A DNA stretch of 64,000 bases, taken from positions 153,512,001 through 153,576,000 of the forward strand of contig NC_088793.1 of NCBI RefSeq assembly GCF_011386835.1. The letters are read 5' to 3'. Below the pieces are notes generated by a model, which searched no databases, had not been told where the DNA came from, and saw nothing but the letters and a program-made list of their open reading frames with translations. Position numbers and translations under genes: made by a program. The DNA is from Chrysemys picta bellii. Taxonomy: Eukaryota. This document shows positions 13,101 through 25,100 of this stretch, piece by piece. Every line of letters begins with the position of its first letter. The stretch's first letter is position 1.

Positions 13101-16100
13101 AGGCAAATACAATTTAGATGGGGCTACTATAAGGTGGGTGCATAACTGGCTGGATAACCGTACTCAGAGAGTTGTTATTAATGGTTCCCAATCCTGCTGA
13201 AAGGCATAACGAGTGGGGTACCGCAGGGGTCTGTTTTGGGACCGGCGCTGTTCAATATCTTCATCAACGACTTAGATATTGGCATAGAAAGTACGCTTAT
13301 TAAGTTTGCGGATGATACCAAACTGGGAGGGATTGCAACTGCTTTGGAGGACAGGGTCATAATTCAAAATGATCTGGACAAATTGGAGAAATGGGCTGAG
13401 GTAAATAGAATGAAGTTTAACAAAGACAAATGCAAAGTGCTCCACTTAGGAAGGAAAAATCAGTTTCACACATACAGAATGGGAAGAGACTGTCTAGGAA
13501 GGAGTACGGCAGAAAGGGATCTAGGGGTTATAGTGGACCACAAGCTAAATATGAGTCAACAGTGTGATGCTGTTGCAAAAAAAGCAAACATGATTCTGGG
13601 ATGTATTAACAGGTGTGTTGTGAGCAAGACACGAGAAGTCATTCTTCTGCTCTACTCTGCTCTGGTTAGGCCTCAGCTGGAGTATTGTGTCCAGTTCTGG
13701 GCACCGCATTTTAAAAAAGATGTGGAGAAATTGGAAAGGGTCCAGAGAAGAGCAACAAGAATGATTAAAGGTCTTGAGAACATGACCTATGAAGGAAGGC
13801 TGAAAGAATTGGGTTTGTTTAGTTTGGAAAAGAGAAGACTGAGAGGGGACATGATAGCAGTTTTCAGGTATTTAAAAGGGTGTCATAAGGAGGAGGGAGA
13901 AAACTTGTTCACCTTAGCCTCTAAGGATAGAACCAGAAGCAATGGGTTTAAACTGCAGCAAGGGAGGTCTAGGTTGGACATTAGGAAAAAGTTCCTAACT
14001 GTCAGGGTGGTTAAACACTGGAATAAATTGCCTAGGGAGGTTGTGGAATCTCCATCTCTGGAGATATTTAAGAGTAGGTTAGATAAATGTCTATCAGGGA
14101 TGGTCTAGACGGTATTTGGTCCTGCCATGCGGGCAGGGGACTGGACTCTATGACCTCTCGAGGTCCCTTCCAGTCCTAGAATCTATGAATCTATGAATCT
14201 ATAAAACTTTTTACTCAAATCTCACTCCACAGCTCAGCTGTCACCAGCTTCAGTGAAAGTTTTGCTTAAGTCCCATTGGCTCATTATCAGAATCTCTTCC
14301 CTTCCCTTCTTACGTTTCTGTTCACGTCACTCACGCTCATAACAATGAGATCTTTACGCATGTCCATTAGGAAAACTACATCTTGAGATGGGGATATGAG
14401 AGATTAGTAGGCCAGTGTAATAAGGAACATTTCACCTCTAGGCCTTGCATACTTCGCTATCTAAATGGTAGTTCACCTGTTTGATTGCAATCTAGGTCAG
14501 TAGTAAATGACAGCTGTCATCACCTGGTGGTCTTTCAGTGATATATGTAAAATGAGTTTATTGGCCACAGTTCACAACCTGTCTTCTCAAACTAATGTTA
14601 CCCTGGCTGGCAGTCACAGGAGGAGGGCCAAGGACTGAATCAGCCATGACTGAGATCACTGATCCTTTGAGAGGGTCCCTCCTGGTCAAGGGTGATGCAC
14701 ATTGATGAGGCAGTTTGGAGGAAGCTGTACCAGTTCTGTGAATAAGTAGAAATCTTCACAGGCAATAAGAGTACTATTTTAAAAATGAATAAAAAGCTCT
14801 AATTGCAAATTCTGCATGTTCATTTTCTACCTTTGTTGCTGTAGGTCCCCAAAGCCTTTGTAAACCTGGTGGATTCCACTGAGTTCAGAATCTTCTCTCT
14901 TTCACACAGCAATCAGAATAAAATCAGGTAAAGAGATTTTCTTTGAACTACGTACGGGCCATGATCTTCCTTTAGTGTTCCTGCTAGTGTACTGTATTCC
15001 CCTTTCACCCCTCCCCAAAACATGGCAAGAATGCTTACATATTGACTGCACTGTATGTACTAGGGTCTTGTGAGCAGTGCATTTTAAGTTTTTTTCAGAT
15101 GCCTTTAGTACCTAGCAAAATGAAATTCAGCACATTAACACCCGGAATGTTTTTCCTGCAGAAAATTTCTCATTAATGGCAAATAAATTCTAGATCCCAG
15201 AAGCCATGAATCTCTAAAGGACTCAGATTCTAGAAGCCACAACGTTCAAAAGGGAATATTCTTTGGATTAAAATATTTTATAAACAGCCATAACTACTTA
15301 TATAGCCATCTTGAAGCACGTCACAAGCTTGCATAGGAGACATCCCACCCATCAGTGAAATGCTGCATGCCAAAGGAGCATTAGCAATTACATAACAGCT
15401 TAGCAATGCTACACTGAAGTTTAGATCAAGAGCAAAGCTATTTAAGTCGAGAAGAGAAAGATCCCTTCTCCAATAGAGATTGCAAGGGGAGATTAAGTAA
15501 GCAAAATCTGATGATCAACATTTGAATTTGGCCAGTACACCAGGGTCTACCCCTCTACTCTTGTAAAAAGTGCCGTGTGATCTTTAATAACTTCAGGACA
15601 TCAGTTTTACATTTCACTCAAAAGATGGAGTAAATAGCCATTGAATAGAAATAGGTAGGTAGAGAGGCCAGATGTGCCTGCTTTAGGCACCAATGAAACT
15701 TCATTGAGTTATGGGTTGAATTTGGCTCAGTGTTTACCAGCAATTCACAAATGATAATTAGTGTAGTATAAGGTATGGTGTGAGAATAACGGCACAGCTT
15801 GAGGGCTGCTACCCACAATATTAAGGCAATAGTTCCTATGCAAAGTATTGCAAGAGTTCAGTTCGCTAATGCGACGGGAAATGGAAATGATTGAAAGCTA
15901 ATGCCTTGGAAACCAATATAATTCTGGGATAAAGAAGTGGAAGAGCAAGGTGTCCCATGTGGTTTCCTGTCTTTGTCAATATGCAGCCTTCTGCATTGAT
16001 GCTTATTGGGCCTTCAAACATGTTCTGACACTGAACTCTATTATGCCATTGTGACTGTCAGTGGCATATTAGAGTTCCAGTCATGGCCCCATCAAGTGAA

Positions 16101-19100
16101 AATTGTTACCTGAAAGTATTGGGGGTGGGGGGGCGGTGTTGTGTTTTTTCATTCTGCAGTAATGCATCCAAGAAGCCATGTAACTGTGTTGATGAAGACT
16201 CCAAACTTGATGATGTCATATTGAGATGGTCCTACCAGGTATGGCTTTTCCCATGGTTTCTTGGTTTTTGTTCTAGGGTGGTAAAGGTAGACTGCTATGC
16301 TCATGTTCAAGGTTAGGGAGATGAGGGGTTATCGGTCTAATATAAATGTCACCAAAGCTGTGATTATGGGGTAATTATTCTGGCATCAGTAGCATGTGAG
16401 AGTAATATAATAGTATAATTAAGCAATCTCAGCACTTCTTGTAGATGCTAGTGATTTTATAGCTCGTAATAACATAGGATTTGCCATATCTAATTAGAGC
16501 AGTGGTCCTTCTAGTCCAGTATCTTATCTCTGGTACTGACAAATGTCAGGTGATTTAGAGGAAGCTGGAAACTTCCTATAATACAAGTGGCCGAATGTGC
16601 TGCTGTCTTGTCTCTAATTCCTTCTACAAGCTGCAGGAAACCAGGTTTTTATTCTTAAGCGTGAGATTTGATTACCTTCCTTAGCTGCTTTAAGAAAATG
16701 GTGTTAATCCAATGCAATTCTCTCAGAGCCACAGGGAGATTTCTAACTGTGGCATAAAATGTTTTAATTGAATTACTACTTTTGTCTTTGGCTACATCAT
16801 TTGATTATTGTGGTTTATTAGGGATGGAGATGACCTTAAATTCATTTAAGCCATGGATAAATTGTACCGTGGTCTCTCCAGCCACAGGCTGGTGCTGATC
16901 CTGTTAAATGGTTGTTATTGTTATCTATCATTTAGAATGACTTGGAAAAGCTGCTGAAATCTGGGCGGTATGATGTGAGGGACGACTTCACCATTGTTCT
17001 GCAGCCTTTCCTCCAAGAAATAAATCTGCCTCATAGAATGGTGAGTGAACATCAACCATTCTCCTCCTTTCTAGGTCACCTTTGGTGACAACGACAAATA
17101 TTCAGCTGATCCTGTCACAGAATCCTAGAATGCTAGGGTTGGAAGAGACCTCAGGAGGTCACCTAGTCCAATTCCCTGCTCAAAGCAGGACCAACACCAA
17201 CTAAATCATCCCAGCCAGGGCTTTGTCAAGCTGGGCCTTAAAAACCTCTAAGGATGGAGATTCCACCACCTCCCTAGGCTATCAAATTCCCCCCCTCTCT
17301 TCTCTTATGCAGACTAAATAACCCCAGTTCTCTCAGCCTCTCCTCATAAGTCATGTGCCCCAGCCCCCTAATCATTTTCATTGCCCTCCACTGAACTCTC
17401 TCCATTTGTCCACATCCCTTCTGTAGTGGGGGGACCAAAACTGGACACAATACTCCAGGTGTGGCCTCACCAGTGCCAAATAGAAGGGAATGATCACTTC
17501 CCTTGATCTGCTGGCAATGCTCCTACTAATACAGCCCAATAAGCTGTTGGCCTTCTTGGCAACAAGGGCACACTGCTGACACATATCCAGCTTCTTGTCC
17601 ACTCTAATCCCCAGGTCCTTTTCTGCAGAACTGCTGCTTAGCTAGTTGATCCCTAGCCTGTAGCGGTGCATGGGATTCTTCCTTCCTAAGTACAGGACTC
17701 TGCACTTGTCCTTGTTGAACCTCATCAGATTTTTTTGGCCCAATCCTCCAATTTGTCTAGGTCACTCTGGACTGTATTCCCTACCCTCCAGCATATCTCC
17801 CTCTCTCCAACAGCTTAGTGTCATCTGCAAACTTGCTGAGGATGCAATTCATCCCATCATCCAGATAATTAATAAAGATGTTGAACAAAACTGGCCCCAG
17901 GACCAACCCCTGGGGCACTCTGCTTGATGGTGGCTGCCAACTAGACATTGAGCCGTTGATTACTACCCATTGAGCCCAACAATCTACCCAATTTTCTATC
18001 CACCTTATTATAGTCCATTCATCCGATCCATACTTCTTTAACTTGCTGGCAAGAATACTGTGGGAGACTGTATCAAAAGCTTTGCTAAAGTCAAGATATA
18101 TCACATCCACCGCTTTCCCCCATCCACAGAGCCAGTTATCTCATCATAGAAGGCAATCAGGTTGGTCAGACATGACTTGCCCTTGGTGAATCCATGTTGA
18201 CTGTCTCTGATCACCTTCCTCTCCTCCAAGTGCTTCAAAATGGATTCCTTGAGGACCTGCTCCATGATTTTGCCAGGGACTGAAGTGAAGCTGTAGTTCT
18301 CCAGGCTCTTTCTTCCCTTTTTTAAATATGGGCACTATATTTGCCTTTTCCAATTGTCTGGGACCTCCCCCGATCGCCACGAATTTTCAAAGATAATGGC
18401 CTATGGCTCTGTAATCACATCAGCCAACTCCCTCAGCACCCTTGGATGCATTAGATATGGATCCATGGACTTGTGCATGTCCAGCTTTTCTAAAAAGGCC
18501 TTTACCTGTTCTTTCACCACTGAGGGCTGCTCACCTCCTCCCCATACTGTGTTGCACAGTGCAGCAGTCTGGGAACCCCCAACTCTCTAAGCCCACTTTG
18601 CCTCACTGGCTACTGCCAGTCATTATCCAGCCCCCTTTCCCTGGGGCAGACTGCAGTCTGTAATGGCCACTCATCACTGGCAAGGGGGTTGGACCAGCTG
18701 AGGATAGATGACCTCATTAATCTGTATCAGAATTAGTCTCTCCAGGACTTTGTAGGTATCACGCAGCAGAGACAGCAGTCGGTAGCCCTTGGGGCATGCC
18801 AATGATTTCCCTGGCTTGGGAACAACTAGGATCTTTGCTCTGCACTGAATTTTTGGGAGGCTGCAATCCTGAGTCCAATGATCAGAAACTGAAGCAGCCA
18901 ACTTTTGATGATTTGGCCCGAGGTGAGAGACAAACTCATTGTGGATGTTATCTGGACCAAGAGTTGATGTACAGTCCGGTCATGCTCTTGACTGGTAAAA
19001 GCAGCCATCGGGTTCATGTCCACTCCCAGAGACTGCCATCTCTCAGCAACCAACCATCATTTTAACTGCACAGCTGAAGGCTTTATCTCAGTTAGGAGTT

Positions 19101-22100
19101 CTGCCATTGGCCACCAGCTGGGATGCAATGGAGTTTTCTGTGATTGGCTATTCTCTTTTGTCCAGACTATAATCTCCATTCAGTCTTTTAATAATTTGCC
19201 AGGCTTTTGACCATAATGCATGAAGTTCAGCTTGGAAACAGTTTCTTTCTATTGCTATTGCCTGGTTTGATCTAGAAGGTGAAAAAGGTCTCCACTTTTA
19301 TAACCTTGTGTTTGTTCTTGGATGATTTAAATTTCTGATATAGTCTGGCTGCATCAGATGACCATCTAGGAATAAGTTGTTGTCGGAATCCCCGAAGTAT
19401 AGATTTCATTGCAGCAGATAAAACTTTATCGCAGAAAGGTTAGTAATAGGGAGGCTGTGGAATCCCTGTCATTGTAGGTTTTTTAAGAATAGATTAAATA
19501 AACACCTGTCAGGGATGCCCTAGATATATTTAGTCTGCCTCCGTGTGGGAAGGATGGACTTACTAGATGACCTCTTGAGGTCCCTTCCAACTCTACATAT
19601 TTATGATTCTACCACTGGAATTTGTGGTCTGTTGCTGTCTAGTTTTTAAATTTTCAGTCATTTTCAGTTCTTTGACACACACGATTTTAAGAATTACACT
19701 GCGACAGCAGAGGCTTTCAGCTACTAGCCATTTTTAAATGTAAAGCTATATTGCACTTGGTTTCTTCATTTGCTTTGATATACAACAGAGCTGCCGAGAC
19801 CTGCAGGATGTTGTGCATGAGCTACTAAAGTCTTTCAAACACTGTGGCTTTTACTTGAAAAATATTGTACTATGTGCTATCAAAAAGGTCACAATCAAGT
19901 TCTTTAGGCCAGTGCTTTTAAAATACCGTTCATCAGCTTAGAGAAATAGCTCTTTTTTCCAAATCAGGCTCTGTTAATCCTATTAGCATATTCTTCCTCA
20001 ACCTGCACATGTGACTCTCTCGCTATCACTACCTGCTTTGCAGTTACTCTGATCTTCCTGCTATATCATGGAATGTATTGCCTTTTCGGAGCTGCCTCCT
20101 AGTACCAAGTACATCAGTCACGTCTCAGAACAGTGTCCTGTTCTGTCTCTACTCAGAGGCTGCAGTGGAGGTCAGCTTCTTGTGCTTGTCTGCTTGTTCA
20201 GATTATTTTTAAAATGTTTTTTTCCAGTGCTGAGTATCATTTTCTCCTCCAAGCATTGGTTCTAGGCCTTATGCATAAATGAGGTAGTGCTGTTCTACTA
20301 TGTCATATTCTAAAATGCTTTCTCTTCCAGGGCTGGCAGGTTAATGGCATTTCCATACCAAAGACGCCAGAAGAAATCACTGAAGAGGAGTGCTCTGCCT
20401 TGGGCGTGGGTCTCTGGAACAACATGGTAAGAAGTGTTGAAGATGTTAGGGCTGATTAGGCTTAGCACAAATGCCTGGAACCTCAAAGCCAGCCAGTCCT
20501 TAAGTAGGGAGGGTTCTGTCATTAGCAATACTGCGAGGAATGGGGGAAGCTGATGAAAGCTCCCTCATAGCTACCACCCTCAGACAGGTAGGGAAACTAC
20601 CCTATATTTAAAGGTGTAGTACAGAGTCCAGACTGACCTCTCCTTCCAGCTACAAAGCTATGTACACTGCAGTAAGCATTTTGAAAAGTCCCTGAGATGT
20701 CCTCCTTTCAACAACAGAGTCTCCTAAATATGGGGCAGGCACAAAGACACATAAGGGTACAGAAAAGTAAAGAAAAATCCCTTGCGTTGGTGAGCCTGGC
20801 TTCTCTCACAGGGTCACAGCTCAGCTACACAGAACTCCATTCAGGAGAATGCATCCAGGTCTTGGCCTGGCCTTCCAGTTCCTAAACGGATGTTATAACA
20901 GTTATAACATTACAGCACTGAGCATAATGGGATCCTAATCCGTGACTGGGGCTCCTACGTACCACTGCAGTACAAATAATATACCGTTTTGCCAAAATGT
21001 TCCTATTTTGAGTTGGATGGTTGGTCTGGAGGCTCCTCCATTTCTGCTTCAAGGCTTGCATTGGATCTAGGATAGACAGACTCGCTCCTAACAGCTGCGG
21101 AAGGCTGAAAATGTCTCTCTGGGGACTGGTGCTTCAAAGAAACATAGACACTCCTAACCCCAGAGCATAAGAGCCAAAAGGCAATTTGCATTCACAAACT
21201 TTGTGCATGTAATTGAATGTAGGCAAAGCTCTAGATACTTCCACCTCCAACTAGGTGAGTGAGTGCAAATCAATGAGTGATAGGGGCAGAGCACTCTGAT
21301 TTGTGACTGTGGTTAATTTAACTGGAGGCAAAATTTCAGACACATTTTTTTTTTTGCACCTGTCTAAAGTGAAATCTGGTCCCAGTGTTTTGAAAATGCT
21401 CCCTTTAGTGTATTTGCTGTTAGATGTATTTACTCTGTCACCAGAATTTCAGTTTAAGGCATTTTCCCCCCTTTTTATTTAGAAATTTGCCTCTTCCTTC
21501 AAAATTTTCTAAGGTTATTGTTTCCCTGGTGATGCCAGCAGCCGCATTTCAACACACACATATATTTTAAAAGGATTAAATTAAAGTAAATAAATAAATG
21601 GTGGTTAGTGGAGCTATATTAAAGAAAACCACAGGGATTTGTTCGTTTTTTCGTCTTTTTTTTTTTTGTCTTGGAGGAGCAGATATTCATGAATGAACCA
21701 GATGCTGGCATCTAACATTTAAAATGTTGTAGAATTTTTTTTTTTTTTAAACTAAGGGCTGGGGGAAAGCCAACAGATGCGGAGGTGCCCACGGTTCAGG
21801 TAGAGACATCCCCTAGGGATGAATTTATTAAATGGGGAGCTCTATAGCTTAGTAAAAAGGATAGGAAAGAAGTTGGTAAAGTACAGGTAGGAACTAGTGA
21901 AGAACAGTCAAACATAAGAGTCCCATTTAAATATAACACATGAAGGCAAGCAACTGAATATTGACAAAAAGTATAAGTGATTATATACAAAGACTAGACG
22001 TCTAAATACTAAGATGGGTGAACTAGCGTGCCTGGCATTAAAGAACAATATTGATATAACAGGCATTGTGGAAACTTGGTGGAATGAGGATAATCAGTGG

Positions 22101-25100
22101 GACATGGTACTACCAGGTTGCAATATATATGAGAATGACAGAGTAGGTCGTGCTGGTAGGGGAGTGGCACTATATGTGAAACAAAACCTAAGTAAAAATC
22201 TTAAATAAATCAAACTGTACCATAGAATCTCTATGGATAGAAATTCGACGCTGGAACAATAAGAGTATAGAAGTAGGAATTTATACTGACCACCTGCCCA
22301 GCATGGTGACAGTAAAATGCTCAGGGTGATTAGAGAGGGTACAAAGGCAGAAAATGCAATAATAATGGGGGATTTCAATTATCCACATATTGACAGGGTA
22401 TGTATAACCTAAGGAAGGGATGCAGAGATAAAATTTCTAGACACCATAAATGAATACTTCTTGAGCAGCTTATCATGGGTGCAACAAGGGGAGAGGCAAT
22501 ATCTTAACAGAGGCTCAAACTAACTGTATACCACAAATAAACAAAACAAAGACCCCCCCCCCAAAAAAATGCAGCATAGCTAAACAGCAGAGTAAAAGAG
22601 GCAGTTAGAAGCAAAAAAGCAACCTTCAACAATAGAAAGGAGTATAGATTCTGGCAAGTTTAGTATAAAAGTATAATTAGGTAGGCCAAGATGGGTGAAC
22701 TAGAGTGCCTAGTATTAAATGAGGATATTGATATAATAGGCATCACAGAAACCTGGTGGAATGAGGATAATCAATGGGACTCAGTAATACCAGGCTACAA
22801 AATATATCGGAAGGTCAGAACAGGTTGTGCTGGTGGGGGAGTGGCACTATATGTGAAAGAAAGCGTAGAATCAAATGAAGTAAAAATCTTAAATGAACTA
22901 AATTGTACTAATTTGTTAGTCTCTAAGGTGCCACAAGTCCTCCTGTTCTTCTTTTTGCGGATACAGACTAACACGGCTGCTACTCTGAAACCTTTCATTA
23001 TAGAATCTCTATGGATAGTAATTCCATGTTTGAAGAATAAGAATATAGCAGTAGGGATATATTACAGACCACCTGACCAGGATGGTTTTAGTGACTCTGA
23101 AATACTCAGGGAGATTAGAGAGACTATTAAAATAAAAAACTCAATAATAATAATAATAATTAATAATGGGGGATTTCAACTATCCACATATTGACTGGGT
23201 ACATATAATCTCAGGAAGAGATGCTGAGATAAAGTTTCTTGACACCTTAAATGACTGCTTCTTGGAGCAGCTAGTCCTGGAACCCATGAGAGGCAAGGCA
23301 ATTCTTGATTTAGTCCTAAGTGGAGCACAGGATCAGGTCCAAGAGGTGAATATAGTTGGACCGCTTGGTAATAGTGACCATAATATAATTAATTTTAACA
23401 TCCCTGTGGCGGGGAAAACTCCACATCGGCCCAACACTGTAGCATTTAATTTCAGAAAGGGGAACTATACAAAAATGAGGAGGTTAGTGAAACAGAAATT
23501 AAAAGGTACAATAGCAAAAATAAAATCCCTGCAAGCTGCATGGAAACTTTTTAAAGACACTATAATAGAGGTTCAACTTAAATGTATACCCCAATTTAAA
23601 AAAACATAGTAAGAGAACCAAAAAAGAGCCACTGTGGTTAAACAACAAAGTAAAAGAAGCAGTCAGAGGCAAAACGGCATCCTTTAAAAAGTGGAAGATA
23701 AATCCTAATGAGGAAAATAAGCAGTCATGGGATAAGAGGGAAGGTTCTCTCATGGATTGGTAACTGGTTAAAAGATAGGAAATAATAGACAGAGGTCTAT
23801 TAAAATCATGAGTGGTATAGAGAAAGTAAATAAGGAAGTGTTGTTTATTCCTTTTCATAATACAAGAACAAAGGGCCACCAAATGAAGTTAATAGGTAGC
23901 AGGTTTATTAGTGGAGATATCCTATCTCCTAGAACTGAAAGGGACCTTGAAAGGTCATCAAGTCCAGCCCCCTGCCTTCACTAGCAGGACCAAGTACTGA
24001 TTTTGCCCCAGATCCCTAAGTGGCCCCCTCAAAGATTGAATTCACAACCCTGGGTTTAGCAGGCTAATGCTCAAACCACTGAGCTATCCCTCCCACCAAA
24101 GAAAGTATTTTTTCACGCAATGCACTGTCAACCTCTGGAACTCCTTGCCAGAAGGTGTTGTGAAGGCCGATACTATAACGCAGTTCAAAAGGGAGCTAGA
24201 TACATTCATGGAAGATAGGTTCATCAATGGCTATTAGCCAGGATGGGCAGGAATGGTGTCCCTAGCCTCTGTTTGCCAGAAGCTGGGATTGGGTGACAGG
24301 GCATGGATCACTTGATGATAACCTGTATGTTCATTCCCTTTGGGGCACCTGCCATTGGCCACTGTCAGAGGACAGGATACTGGGCTTGATGGACCTTTGG
24401 TCTGACCCAGTATGGCTATTCTTATGTTCTTAAGAAAGAATTTGAAGAACAACTAGCTTAGGACTCAAAAATTAACAGCACATTTGTTTAAGTACATCAG
24501 AAACAGGAAGCCTGCCAAACAGTCAATGGGGCCAATGGATGATCAAGGTGCTAAAGGAGCACTCAAAGAAGAAAAGGCTGTTGTGGAGAAGCTAAATGAA
24601 TTCTTTGCATTGGTCTTCTCTGTAGAGGATATAGTGGAGATTCCCATTCCTTAGCCATTCTTTTTAGGTAACAAATCTGAGGAACTGTCCCAGATTGAGG
24701 TGTCAATAGAGGAGGTTTTTGAATAAATTCATAAATTAAACAATAAATAACAAGGTCCAGATGGTATTCACCCAAGAGTTCTGAAGGAACTCGAATATGA
24801 AATTGCAAATCTAACTGTGGTATGTAACCTATCGCTTAAATCAGCCTCTGTACCAAATTACACCATTTTTAAAAAAAGATTCCAGAGGTGATCCTGGGAA
24901 TTACAGCCAATAAACCTAATTTCAGTACCAGGCTAATTGGTTGAAATTATAGTAAAGAACAGAATTATCAGACACATAGATGAACATGATATGTTGGTGA
25001 ACAGTCAAAATGGCATTTGTAAAGGGAAATCATGCCTCATCAGTCTACTAGAATTTTTTGAGGGAGTCAACAACTGTGTGGACATGGGGGATACAATGTA

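Larger units (their letters stand above)
22688..24432 (+). mobile_element. Inner CR1 starting at ORF2 ATG, with internal deletions
   Basis: ORFs 22691-23194 and 23166-23609 = APE endonuclease ([26 protein letters not shown]); own 3' UTR ending TTCTTATGTTCTT. Confidence 0.9.

Noticed and set aside
13236-14108. 290-aa ORF as a possible host gene
   Set aside because: It is the CR1 reverse-transcriptase C-terminus of a 5'-truncated insertion.
18575-18700. Short segment between the CR1 and the Vingi-like piece, and other repeat-like stretches (8170-8450, 34130-34520)
   Set aside because: Probably fragments of further repeats, but family and boundaries could not be supported without a library search.
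24025-24094. tRNA-like sequence with A and B boxes on the minus strand
   Set aside because: It is the head of a SINE continuing into a CR1-like tail; degenerate B box, no convincing cloverleaf.
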